Shown: positions 38,560-47,029, numbered from the stretch's first letter. The stretch is DNA of 64,000 nucleotides from Patescibacteria group bacterium (GCA_041650915.1 JBAZKE010000001.1:446136-510135), one strand, 5' to 3'. Program-made: numbers and translations. The notes: a model not told the origin generated them from the letters alone.

Positions 38560-39585
38560 TTATTGTGTTAAATCTATTGTGGTGCCGCATGACGGGCACG
38601 TTCCATCCCTATCGCGCCGCGCAGTGCGGAAACCCTTGCGTTCGATAACTATTGTACCACATTTTGGGCAGTACGTGTGTTCGCCGCGATGGCCCGGCAC
38701 GTTGCCGATGTATACGTACTGTAATCCTGCCTGTTTTCCGATTTCGTACGCCCGTTCGAGTGTCCTCACATCGGTTGCAGGGAGGTGCTGGAGACGGAAT
38801 GAAATTTCGGGCGAAAAGGCGGAAACGTGCCAGGGAGTGCTTGCCCCGAGCTGGGTGTATATAAAACGGGCGATATCACCAAAGAGCGCATCCGTATCAG
38901 AGAGCGTCGGTATGGAGAGCGTGGTAACCTCAACCCACACGGAGTTTTGTTTAAGCGTTTTGAGGTTTTGTAAAATGGGTTCGAGTTTGCCTCCGCACAC
39001 TTTTTGGTACTGCGTAGCGTCAAAAAACTTCAGGTCGACGTTGATCGCGTCGAGGTAGGGAAGGATGAGCTCGAGCGTCTGGCCGGACATGTAACCATTT
39101 GAAACCCAGCAGTTTTTTATTCCGCGTTCGCGGGCGAGTTTCATGCAGTCAAGCGCGTACTCCAGGAAGATGGTCGGTTCCGTGTAGGTATATGAGATGC
39201 TGTCGCAACGGGTCTCAATAGCGTCAGCTATGATTTGTTCCGGCGTACGTTCCGTTCCGGAAATGGACAGGTCAGTGTATCCGGATTGCTTCGATGCTTG
39301 GGAGATCTGCCAGTTCTGGCAATTGGCGCACCGGAAATTGCACCCTACGGTTGCGATTGAAAGCGATTTCGTACCGGGCAGAAAGTGGAAGAACGGTTTT
39401 TTTTCAATGGGATCGACCGCCTCAGAAATGACCTTGCCGTATACGAGCAGGTAAAGGGTTCCGTTGCGGTTTTCTCGCACCCCGCAGACCCCCCGCGTAG
39501 ACGGAAAAATGGTGCAGTGGTGGTTGCACACGTTACACCGGACTTTGTTATCCTCTAGCGTATCGTAGAGAATCGCTTGTTTCAT
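38560..39585 (-). CDS. AmmeMemoRadiSam system radical SAM enzyme (PflA-like)
   Basis: N-terminal Cys cluster CNVCNHHC...C. Radical SAM CxxxCxxC, present as CNFRCANC followed by QNW. Length is about 340 aa. Confidence 0.75.
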   Translation of the reverse strand: MKQAILYDTLEDNKVRCNVCNHHCTIFPSTRGVCGVRENRNGTLYLLVYGKVISEAVDPIEKKPFFHFLPGTKSLSIATVGCNFRCANCQNWQISQASKQSGYTDLSISGTERTPEQIIADAIETRCDSISYTYTEPTIFLEYALDCMKLARERGIKNCWVSNGYMSGQTLELILPYLDAINVDLKFFDATQYQKVCGGKLEPILQNLKTLKQNSVWVEVTTLSIPTLSDTDALFGDIARFIYTQLGASTPWHVSAFSPEISFRLQHLPATDVRTLERAYEIGKQAGLQYVYIGNVPGHRGEHTYCPKCGTIVIERKGFRTARRDRDGTCPSCGTTIDLTQ

Positions 39586-39712
39586 CGGAATGTTATTATA
39601 TCAAATTTTATTCCAAAAAAATACCCCTCGCTTCAATCAACATTCGGACTGTTAATGGAAAACGAGGGGCAGCAGAACAAGGGCTCTGCGTACAGGGAGA
39701 GATGGCGTTTCC

Positions 39713-40261
39713 TTAATACCTGAGGTATGCCCTGAGGCTAAGGCCGTCTTTGAGATGATCGGCCGTCATGCCGCGGTAATCCGTTTCGAGCCCTGCGCGG
39801 TAGGTGAGCGCGACCACGAGATGCTTGAAATTCAGCATGCCGCCAAATTCAAGCAGGTACCGTGAGCGTTTTGTTAACCACCCCGCGTCATTGTTAAGCC
39901 ACTCGGGCTTGGAGCCTTGAGGAAGCCACCTTGTCAATTGGAGCACGTGCTCGGTGTACAGGCCGCCGAACGCAGCGATCGGTGACTGGCTGGACAGGCT
40001 TACCGCTCCGCTGAATGAGACGGTGAATGTTACGTCAGAGCGTTTGATGCCGTATGCATCAACGCGCGTATGCATTCCGTACGGCACTATTCCGAACGTC
40101 AGCATGAGGTCGGTTGTCGGCAGCCGGTAGCAGATGCCTGCTTCACCAGCGATTTGGCCCCGAGAAGTCGTGTTGACTCCCAACATCCCCTGGAGATCTT
40201 TTGCTTGCAGCGGTAATACGCAGAGCAGTCCCGCTGCGAAAGCAATGAAAAAGTACTTCAC
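39713..40261 (-). CDS. outer-membrane beta-barrel-like protein (OmpW/PagL-size), hypothetical
   Basis: Signal peptide, alternating hydrophobic beta-strand patterns, and a C-terminus ending LRY (aromatic). Confidence 0.35.
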   Translation of the reverse strand: MKYFFIAFAAGLLCVLPLQAKDLQGMLGVNTTSRGQIAGEAGICYRLPTTDLMLTFGIVPYGMHTRVDAYGIKRSDVTFTVSFSGAVSLSSQSPIAAFGGLYTEHVLQLTRWLPQGSKPEWLNNDAGWLTKRSRYLLEFGGMLNFKHLVVALTYRAGLETDYRGMTADHLKDGLSLRAYLRY

Positions 40262-40440
40262 GTTTGCCTCCGTTTCTTCTATATCTATTCAGTATTAGTT
40301 TTTGCGATGAGCAGAGTATTGTACAGTAAACATTACGGTTTGTCAAGCATGAGGCCACTCTCCTGTTTCTCGCTTGTACATTAGGTTGTATGTATTCGAT
40401 TCGGCAGCAGCATGCCATACTCGCTTTATGAAAACTACGC

Positions 40441-41010
40441 ATGCGGTATACTGGCAATATGGGAAAACGAATTTTTATTGCAATTCCGCTGCCCAAGGAC
40501 ACCCAGCAAATCATCAGGAATGTGCAAGAAAAACTGCAGAAATTTAATTGGCCAGTACGCTGGGAGCCAGCGGAAAAGTTGCACATCACGCTGCAGTTTC
40601 TTGGCAGCATTTTTCCGGAAGAACTCCGTGCGGTTGGGCAGATCGCGAGCAGATCGGTTTCTGGCCGTGCGCCGTTTATTGTCGGGCTTCGTGGGTTTAC
40701 TGTATTGCCAAGTGCCCACGCTCCGCACGTAATCTGCATTAAAGGCGTGGCTAGTTATCAGCTGGCACAGCTCCAGTCGAGCGTAGCTGCCGGGCTTGCC
40801 AAGCAGGAAATCGGCAAACCCGAACGCCGGCCCTTCAGTGGCCACGTTACGATCGGGCGCATCAGTAAGCCCGGGGCGAATTATCGCATACTGGAAAAAC
40901 TTGAATTCGATGAGCACTTTAAGGTACACTCGGTACAGGTGGTTGAGAGCGTACTGCAACCGGAACGTGCGCACTATACGGTTATTCGATCCTTTCCTCT
41001 ACGGGTATGA
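40441..41010 (+). CDS. thpR: RNA 2',3'-cyclic phosphodiesterase (2H phosphoesterase, ThpR/LigT)
   Basis: Two H-x-T/S-x motifs: HITLQFLG and HVTIGRI. Confidence 0.7.
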   Translation: MRYTGNMGKRIFIAIPLPKDTQQIIRNVQEKLQKFNWPVRWEPAEKLHITLQFLGSIFPEELRAVGQIASRSVSGRAPFIVGLRGFTVLPSAHAPHVICIKGVASYQLAQLQSSVAAGLAKQEIGKPERRPFSGHVTIGRISKPGANYRILEKLEFDEHFKVHSVQVVESVLQPERAHYTVIRSFPLRV

Positions 41011-41744
41011 AATTAAACATTCTTGGGATAGAAATTGATAACGTCACGCGCGCAGAAGCGATTGGAATGATCGCGGGTTTTTTACACAGCAATGAACGCC
41101 GCTACATTACCACCACGAATCCAGAATTTATCATGGCGGCGCGGCATGACGTTGAGTTCCGCCACATACTTAACAACGCAGATCTTTCGGTCGCCGATGG
41201 AATGGGAATTGTTTTTGCTGCGAAGCGGCATGGGCAGTCCCTGAAGGCCCGCATACCCGGCGTAGACCTACTCTGGGATATTGTGCGCCTTGCGGAGCAA
41301 GAAGGAAAGTCAATTTTTCTTCTTGGATCAAAGCGAGGTGTGCCAGAACGTGCAGCTATGGCAATAAAAAATCGCAATCCGGAAGCCGTGATCGCCGGAG
41401 CTGAGTGCGGATACCGCCGGTGGCATCGCCAGATGAAGGCGCATAAGCTCGTTGCGATGATCAATCGTGCGAAGCCGGATATTCTCTTTGTTGCGTTTGG
41501 GCAGGTGAAGCAGGAGAAATGGATCTACCATAACCTATCGAAGCTCGAGACTGTCAAGGTTGCGATGGGTGTCGGCGGCTCGTTCGATTATATCGCCGGC
41601 GAAGTCAAGCGCGCACCACAGTGGATGCGTTCGGCCGGCATCGAGTGGCTGTACCGCCTGATCGTGCAGCCGTGGCGCTTGCCGCGCATTGCCACAGCGG
41701 TCGTGCGTTTCAGCTTCACGGTTCTATTTTCAAAAAAACGATGA
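41007..41744 (+). CDS. WecB/TagA/CpsF-family glycosyltransferase
   Basis: ILGIEIDNVTRAEA...RYITTTNPEFIM...ADLSVADGMGIVFAAK are family motifs. ATGA overlap with the upstream gene. Confidence 0.7.
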   Translation: MKLNILGIEIDNVTRAEAIGMIAGFLHSNERRYITTTNPEFIMAARHDVEFRHILNNADLSVADGMGIVFAAKRHGQSLKARIPGVDLLWDIVRLAEQEGKSIFLLGSKRGVPERAAMAIKNRNPEAVIAGAECGYRRWHRQMKAHKLVAMINRAKPDILFVAFGQVKQEKWIYHNLSKLETVKVAMGVGGSFDYIAGEVKRAPQWMRSAGIEWLYRLIVQPWRLPRIATAVVRFSFTVLFSKKR

Positions 41745-42400
41745 GATTCCGTTACTTCGACATTATTCTTGGTCTGTTCGTGGCTGTTTTGTTGATTTCG
41801 AACATCGTATCCACGAAAATAGTAGATTTCGGGCCGTTTTCGTTCGATGGCGGCACGTTGCTGTTTCCTCTCGCGTACATATTCGGCGATATACTCACCG
41901 AGGTATACGGTTACCGTGCTGCGCGCCGGGTGATCTGGACAGGCTTTTTCAGCGCACTGCTCATGTCAGCAGCCGTTATTGTAGTCGGAAAACTTCCGGC
42001 AGCAGCTGACTGGATGAATCAGGATGCGTACGATGCAGTGCTTGGATTGGCTCCGCGTATTGTAGTTGCGTCTCTTGTCGCGTACTTCGCTGGCGAGTTT
42101 TCAAATTCCTTCACGCTAGCGAAGATGAAAATTGCCACAAGAGGAAAATGGTTATGGATACGTACGATCGGTTCGACGGTTGTCGGAGAGGGGATCGATA
42201 CTGCGCTGTTCGTACTCATTGCATTTTGGGGAGTACTGCCAGTAGATTTATTGGTTTCAGTTTTAATTTCTAACTATGTTTTTAAAGTTGGCATGGAAGC
42301 ACTATTTACTCCAATTACGTATGGTGTTATAAAAAAGTTAAAGGATGATGAAGGAATTGACGTATACGATCGCAAAACAAATTTTAATCCTTTTAAATAA
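41741..42400 (+). CDS. yhhQ: queuosine precursor transporter (YhhQ/DUF165)
   Basis: Start moved to Met41 (MRFRYFDIILG), ATGA-coupled. LISNIVSTKIVDFGPFSFDGGTLLFPLAYIFGDILTEVYGY is the family core. Confidence 0.75.
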   Translation: MRFRYFDIILGLFVAVLLISNIVSTKIVDFGPFSFDGGTLLFPLAYIFGDILTEVYGYRAARRVIWTGFFSALLMSAAVIVVGKLPAAADWMNQDAYDAVLGLAPRIVVASLVAYFAGEFSNSFTLAKMKIATRGKWLWIRTIGSTVVGEGIDTALFVLIAFWGVLPVDLLVSVLISNYVFKVGMEALFTPITYGVIKKLKDDEGIDVYDRKTNFNPFK

Positions 42401-42444
42401 AATATTACAATTGCATTACTTATTATTATAATTAAAGAAAAAAT

Positions 42445-42645
42445 ATGAGTGTTGCCGATATATGTATAATGATTGGAGCAGTTGTAGGAAGCGCAGGGTT
42501 AATTATCTTCTTAGTAAGTTTAAAGAATAAAAAATTGCTTTTAAAAAAAATTGGATTAGCAATGTTGATAATTGGAATTTTATTTTTACTATTACCAATT
42601 GCTGGAAGTTTTTTTTCTTCAACTGAGGAGGTGACAGGCGCATAG
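42445..42645 (+). CDS. small hydrophobic protein in an AT-rich islet, hypothetical
   Basis: 66-aa ORF with 2 TM segments. GC is about 30%, far below the flanks. Confidence 0.3.
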   Translation: MSVADICIMIGAVVGSAGLIIFLVSLKNKKLLLKKIGLAMLIIGILFLLLPIAGSFFSSTEEVTGA

Positions 42646-42823
42646 AAACTTATCCACATTGACAGAGGATGCTGTAGAAATTAAGATAAAGTTGATTACA
42701 ATTGAATATCAGTAGTGTTACATCGAATGCTTTGCCAGCAGAACTGGGGCAAACGAAAACACACACAAAAGCCAATGCAAAAAAGTAAAAAAAGTGTATT
42801 GGTTTTTTTGACAACTTAATGGT

Positions 42824-42981
42824 GCAGTGTTAGGTGGGATCGCTTCCTTGGGAGATTGGTTTCAAGTTAGGCAGCAAGGAAAGTCAGAAGTTTCCCCATA
42901 ACCTTCAGCTTGGGACGGATTCCTTGGTTTAGCCAAGACTCGCGAGAGAAGTATGTTTGAAAGGGTCCCACCTAGCACTGC
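42824..42981 (+). ncRNA. candidate structured ncRNA (family unknown, perhaps 6S- or SRP-like). Strand not established
   Basis: A 16-bp terminal helix, GCAGTGTTAGGTGGGA/TCCCACCTAGCACTGC, contains one G.U pair and encloses about 125 nt with internal hairpins (GGAAA-N8-TTTCC and CTTGG-TTTAG-CCAAG). A TTGACA box lies at 42808. Confidence 0.3.
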
Positions 42982-43002
42982 GTTATTAAGTAACGAGCTC
43001 GT

Positions 43003-43188
43003 ATGGCGACAAAGACAAAAAAAGAGCTCCTGCAGGACATGCAGTTTCAGCAGATGAAGCGGTTCCTCGGAATACGGAGGGTCCGCAACTACTGCTCTGG
43101 CTGTGGTGAAGAAATTCACGAGCCAGTGTACTGCGGTGAGTGCAGCGATGAGATCGAGCGGATTAAGCTGCGCAGCAAATTCCGCTAA
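43003..43188 (+). CDS. small zinc-ribbon protein, hypothetical
   Basis: 61 aa with a CSGCGEE...CGECSDE double CxxC, basic at both ends. Confidence 0.4.
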   Translation: MATKTKKELLQDMQFQQMKRFLGIRRVRNYCSGCGEEIHEPVYCGECSDEIERIKLRSKFR

Positions 43189-43335
43189 CAGTCCGGATAC
43201 AGCGGGTTATTAAAAGGAGGTTCTCCGATGAGTACCTATGTGCTCATTTTTTGTTTTGTACCGGGTATCCACTTTTGAAGTCAGTTTAAAAATATGGTAT
43301 TGTTGCACTATACTCTTGCTTAATAATATCAGCGT

Positions 43336-45054
43336 ATGAAAACATTTCGGCTTTTTTCCATAGCATTCTTGTTTGTTGCCGGAACGGTTGTATTGGGATT
43401 TGACGCGCAAGCCCAAGAATTGATTGATGACTTCCATTCCCTGATTGCTATCTCTCATGATGGTACTGTAACCGTTACCGAAACAATTACGTATGATTTC
43501 GGGCCATTTGAACGCCATGGCATCTATCGGACAATACCGTACAGTTACAATCGCGATGGTACAAAGTATAAGATATCAGTAGGTATCCTCGGTGTGAGTG
43601 ACGAGACCGGAACGGCAATTCCGTATACGGTTGAGCGTTCATTCGGCGCAGTGAACCTTAAAATCGGAGATCCGGACAAGCTAATCACCGGGCAGCATAC
43701 GTACGCTATTACCTATACGCTCGAACGCGTGATTAATTTTTTTGAAGATTACGACGAACTGTATTTGAATATCACCGGGAACGGCTGGGAAGTACCGATG
43801 AATGCTGTGAGTGCCGCCGTAGAGGTGCCAGGCGTCTCTGCACAGAACCTTCAGTATACCTGTTTTACCGGCGCATTGGGATTGCAGCAACAATACTGTA
43901 CGATGACTGCTGCTGACGGAAGCGTTAGATTCGACGTAGACGGCAGCCTGAGTGCGTATGAAGGGCTCACCGCAGTAGTCGGTTTTCCAAAAGGCGTTGT
44001 GGCGGAACCGACTGCTGACGAGTTGATAAAGCGGTTTATCCAGGACAATTGGCCGTTTGTTTTGCCGCTCCTCCTTATCGGTGTTCTCGTCTCGCTGTGG
44101 TATACGCGCGGCAGGGATCCGCATGTGGCGAGCACGATTGTTCCCCAGTACGAATCGCCTGAAGGCATTCCTGCCGGAGAACTCGGAACGGTAGTTGATG
44201 AGAAGGTTGATATGCACGACGTATCCGCATCGATCATCCAGTTGGCCGTGAAGGGTTACATCAAGCTTAAGGAAATCAGCAAGGATGAAAAGGCGCGCAA
44301 GCCGGATGATTATGAAATCATCAAGCTCAAGGAGCCCGATGCCGTGCTCAAGGAATATGAGAAAATAATTCTCGATGGAATTTTCAAGTCCGGCGAGACG
44401 AGTAAAAAGATTTCCAAGCTTAAAAACAAATTTTACGTTGAGCTTCCGAAAATTAAAAAAGCAATGTATAAACTTGTCGTTGCGGATGGCTTTTTCCCGA
44501 CTGCCCCCGATAGGGTCAGGACGTGCTATGCTGTCATTTCGATATTCATTTTGCCGCTTGCGTTCGTCATTATGGCTGCGTTTCAAAACATTCTCGCCGG
44601 AATCAGTACGGGCATCGTCGGCATCGTGGCGATTATTCTTTCACAGGCAATGCCGAGGAAGACCATCCGTGGGGCGGAAATTCATAAGCAGATACTCGGA
44701 TTCAAGTGGTTTTTGTCGGTTACCGAAACTGAACGCCTCAAGTTCCACAATGCCCCCGAAAAATCACCGAAGCAATTCGAAGAGCTTTTACCGTACGCTA
44801 TGGTACTCGGCGTGGAAGACGAATGGGCAAAACAGTTCGCCGGCATGTATCTCACTCCGCCGGAGTGGTATGAGGGTCACCACGCGGGTGCGTTTGGCGC
44901 CGCCTACCTTGCCTCATCGCTGCACTCACTGTCAACGAGCACGAACTCTGCCATGGGGAGCAGGCCGTCGAGCGCCGGTTCTGGCAGGTCTGGCTTTTCA
45001 GGAGGTGGCTTTTCAGGAGGTGGCTTTGGCGGTGGCGGGGGAGGCAGTTGGTAG
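43336..45054 (+). CDS. DUF2207-like membrane protein with a Gly-rich C-terminal tail
   Basis: Signal peptide, an extracellular domain, TM segments, and the tail SGRSGFSGGGFSGGGFGGGGGGSW. A short tandem nucleotide repeat underlies the tail. Confidence 0.55.
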   Translation: MKTFRLFSIAFLFVAGTVVLGFDAQAQELIDDFHSLIAISHDGTVTVTETITYDFGPFERHGIYRTIPYSYNRDGTKYKISVGILGVSDETGTAIPYTVERSFGAVNLKIGDPDKLITGQHTYAITYTLERVINFFEDYDELYLNITGNGWEVPMNAVSAAVEVPGVSAQNLQYTCFTGALGLQQQYCTMTAADGSVRFDVDGSLSAYEGLTAVVGFPKGVVAEPTADELIKRFIQDNWPFVLPLLLIGVLVSLWYTRGRDPHVASTIVPQYESPEGIPAGELGTVVDEKVDMHDVSASIIQLAVKGYIKLKEISKDEKARKPDDYEIIKLKEPDAVLKEYEKIILDGIFKSGETSKKISKLKNKFYVELPKIKKAMYKLVVADGFFPTAPDRVRTCYAVISIFILPLAFVIMAAFQNILAGISTGIVGIVAIILSQAMPRKTIRGAEIHKQILGFKWFLSVTETERLKFHNAPEKSPKQFEELLPYAMVLGVEDEWAKQFAGMYLTPPEWYEGHHAGAFGAAYLASSLHSLSTSTNSAMGSRPSSAGSGRSGFSGGGFSGGGFGGGGGGSW

Positions 45055-45214
45055 GCACAATTATTGCTGCTATCTACTATACAGCGCAGTTATTCTGGAA
45101 TCATTTTAATTACGTGGCAGCGGTATTAATGTATTGCATAGTTGCCGCTGGCAGTGATTTAAAAAATTCGCTAAGCCGCGAAATACAACAGTGGCTACCC
45201 AAGGAAAGGAAACG

Positions 45215-45697
45215 ATGATGGGTAAAAAAAAGTATCAGTTCCCCGGGATACTATCCGATGAGCGTATCATGAATAAAAAGATTCGCATAACGACCGCGAA
45301 GGGCGATATTGTATTTGAGCTTTTTCCGAAGGCAGCGCCGAACGCGGTCAGCAATTTCGTATATCTCGCCGGGCAAGGTTACTACGATGGAATTATTTTC
45401 CACCGGGTAGTTCCAGGATTTGTGATCCAAGGCGGAGATCCGACCGGTACCGGAAGCGGGGGGCCGGGCTATCAGTTCAAAGACGAGGCGGTATCCAAGG
45501 ATTATGAGAAAGGGATTGTTGCGATGGCAAATGCCGGTCCGGATACAAATGGATCCCAATTTTTTATCATGCTTGAAGACAAGCCTGACCTCCCGAAGCT
45601 CTATACGATTTTTGGGCACGTCATTGAAGGAATGAATGTTGTGCACGGGATAGCGGAAGGAGATACCATGGAAATGGTAACAATAGAAAGTTTGTAG
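45215..45697 (+). CDS. ppiB: peptidylprolyl isomerase, cyclophilin type
   Basis: FHRVVPGFVIQGGDPTGTGSGGPGYQFKDE and MANAGPDTNGSQFFI. Start placed at the ATG preceded by GGAAAGGAAACG. Confidence 0.85.
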   Translation: MMGKKKYQFPGILSDERIMNKKIRITTAKGDIVFELFPKAAPNAVSNFVYLAGQGYYDGIIFHRVVPGFVIQGGDPTGTGSGGPGYQFKDEAVSKDYEKGIVAMANAGPDTNGSQFFIMLEDKPDLPKLYTIFGHVIEGMNVVHGIAEGDTMEMVTIESL

Positions 45698-45784
45698 CTG
45701 AAATGCCATACAATGCAGTGTTTGCCGAGCCTAACCGGCTAAACTGCATTCTTATCGAAAAAAATAGCGAAAGGAGGTGCTTGT

Positions 45785-45865
45785 ATGAAGGAAGATGAAC
45801 CAATAATGCCCGAGGAGGAAGCGGAAGGTACCGATACTCCTGAAACTCCGGAGGAACCCGTCTAA
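45785..45865 (+). CDS. possible 26-aa highly acidic peptide (MKEDEPIMPEEEAEGTDTPETPEEPV)
   Basis: Perfect SD AGGAGG with a 7-nt spacer. It is below the ORF-track size cut-off. A terminator hairpin follows at about 45915..45947. Confidence 0.25.
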   Translation: MKEDEPIMPEEEAEGTDTPETPEEPV

Positions 45866-45914
45866 GCATCAATTACTTGTTTGCGGGGATAGAACAATGT
45901 AAGCTGTAAGTATC

Positions 45915-45947
45915 AAAAACTAGACCTGAAAGAGGCGTCTAGTTTTT
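45915..45947. terminator. symmetric terminator hairpin
   Basis: AAAAACTAGAC-N11-GTCTAGTTTTT, with an A-tract on one side and a T-tract on the other. Confidence 0.55.
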
Positions 45948-45972
45948 GATTATTCAGCTGTGTATAAAGGGC

Positions 45973-46001
45973 TTGACTCATTATGATACAATAGGTATTA
46001 T
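45973..46001 (+). promoter_or_regulatory. near-consensus sigma70 promoter (TTGACT-17-TATTAT)
   Basis: Spacing counted exactly. It lies upstream of the palindrome and the small ORF at 46088. Confidence 0.55.
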
Positions 46002-46051
46002 AAAAAGTCTTGTATAGTTCTTTTTACAGTCTCATACGCGCATGTGCGCTT

Positions 46052-46074
46052 TTCTAATTAATCATTAATTAGAA
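46052..46074. promoter_or_regulatory. perfect 23-bp palindrome TTCTAATTAAT-C-ATTAATTAGAA (operator-like)
   Basis: Lies between the predicted transcription start (about 46008) and the ATG at 46088. Confidence 0.5.
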
Positions 46075-46087
46075 AAGGGCCACGAGT

Positions 46088-46273
46088 ATGACGATTGAAT
46101 TCATGGTTCTCTTCGGTGGCAGTCTGCTCGTATTCTCTCTGAGAAAACGACGGCACTTCTCGAAGAGGCGACTGAAAGGAATACTAAGAATATATGTATT
46201 CCTCATAGAAACACTGATGATAACAGTTGGCGTATCGTGTTTACTGTGGGGTCTCATATCATTCTTGCCATAG
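46088..46273 (+). CDS. small two-TM membrane protein, hypothetical
   Basis: 61 aa. TM1 VLFGGSLLVFSL, a basic loop RKRRHFSKRRLK, and TM2. It has its own promoter and a downstream terminator at about 46284..46317. Confidence 0.35.
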   Translation: MTIEFMVLFGGSLLVFSLRKRRHFSKRRLKGILRIYVFLIETLMITVGVSCLLWGLISFLP

Positions 46274-46316
46274 ATTCCGCGAAAGACTTCTTGCCACCTG
46301 GCTTGAAGTCTTTTTC

Positions 46317-46345
46317 TTGACATTCGTTTTGTATTAGTATATACT
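46317..46345 (+). promoter_or_regulatory. consensus-like sigma70 promoter (TTGACA-17-TATACT)
   Basis: Upstream of the AbrB-like ORF and rlmH. An additional TATAAT lies near 46373. Confidence 0.5.
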
Positions 46346-46387
46346 TATTATATGCTCAGTATAGACTAACTATATAATATCACGCTT

Positions 46388-46558
46388 ATGTTTCCGACAA
46401 AAATCACGAGAAAGCTTTTCCAGACCGGGAAGTACAGTTACGTAATTACGCTTCCGAAAGATTTAATCCGCCATCTTGGATGGCAACGCGGTGATACGGT
46501 TGAGGTTGATTTTGACAGGTCAAAAAGCCGTATGATCATCAAGAAGTTTAAATTTTAG
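46388..46558 (+). CDS. AbrB/MazE/SpoVT-type swapped-hairpin DNA-binding protein (56 aa)
   Basis: MFPTKITRKLFQTGKYSYVITLPKDLIRHLGWQRGDTVEVDFD matches the SpoVT/AbrB domain pattern. It ends 3 nt before rlmH. No toxin partner is present. Confidence 0.5.
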   Translation: MFPTKITRKLFQTGKYSYVITLPKDLIRHLGWQRGDTVEVDFDRSKSRMIIKKFKF

Positions 46559-46561
46559 CTT

Positions 46562-47029
46562 ATGCGCATCAGCATCATTGCTGTCGGCGCGATCAAGGAA
46601 GCGTATTGGACTGATGCGATTGGGGAATACTTGAAGCGCCTCAAGCCGTTCGCACGGGTTGATATTAGGGAAGTTAGCGCAGCGCATTTCCGATCAAAAC
46701 GCGAGGGAAAAAATGCGCTAATGCAGGAAAGTGAAAGGCTGCTCAGTGTTGTTCCGAAGCAGTGTTTTGGCATTGCGCTCGATCTGCATGGCAAACGCTA
46801 CGATTCAGAGGAATTTGCGCGGGAATTGCAAGCTTGGACGTCAGCAGGGCAGCACTTGGCGTTTTTTATCGGAGGACCACTCGGTCTAAGCGGGGAGGTG
46901 CAAAAAAGAGCGCACGCGAAGCTTTCACTGTCCTCACTAACTTTTACCCACCAAATGGCCCGCGTGATTTTGCTCGAGCAGATTTACAGGGCTATCACTA
47001 TTCAAAAAGGGAAAACGTACCACTATTGA
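46562..47029 (+). CDS. rlmH: 23S rRNA (pseudouridine1915-N3)-methyltransferase RlmH
   Basis: SPOUT fold. MRISIIAVGAIKEAYWTDAIGEYLKRL, FFIGGPLGLS and the C-terminal region ARVILLEQIYRA. Confidence 0.8.
   Translation: MRISIIAVGAIKEAYWTDAIGEYLKRLKPFARVDIREVSAAHFRSKREGKNALMQESERLLSVVPKQCFGIALDLHGKRYDSEEFARELQAWTSAGQHLAFFIGGPLGLSGEVQKRAHAKLSLSSLTFTHQMARVILLEQIYRAITIQKGKTYHY

Noticed and set aside
42824-42981. MITE or IS terminal inverted repeats as the explanation for the 16-bp inverted repeat
   Set aside because: There are no flanking target-site duplications and no transposase. The single imperfect position is a T/G pair, a wobble in RNA but a mismatch in DNA, which favours a structured RNA. 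It remains unproven.
46088-46273. Type I toxin for the 61-aa two-TM protein
   Set aside because: No convincing antisense RNA promoter or terminator pair was seen opposite it. It is retained only as a hypothetical small membrane protein.
46388-46558. Type II toxin-antitoxin module (AbrB/MazE-like antitoxin)
   Set aside because: No toxin gene (MazF, PIN or similar) is adjacent. The downstream gene is the housekeeping rlmH. It is more likely a small transcription factor.
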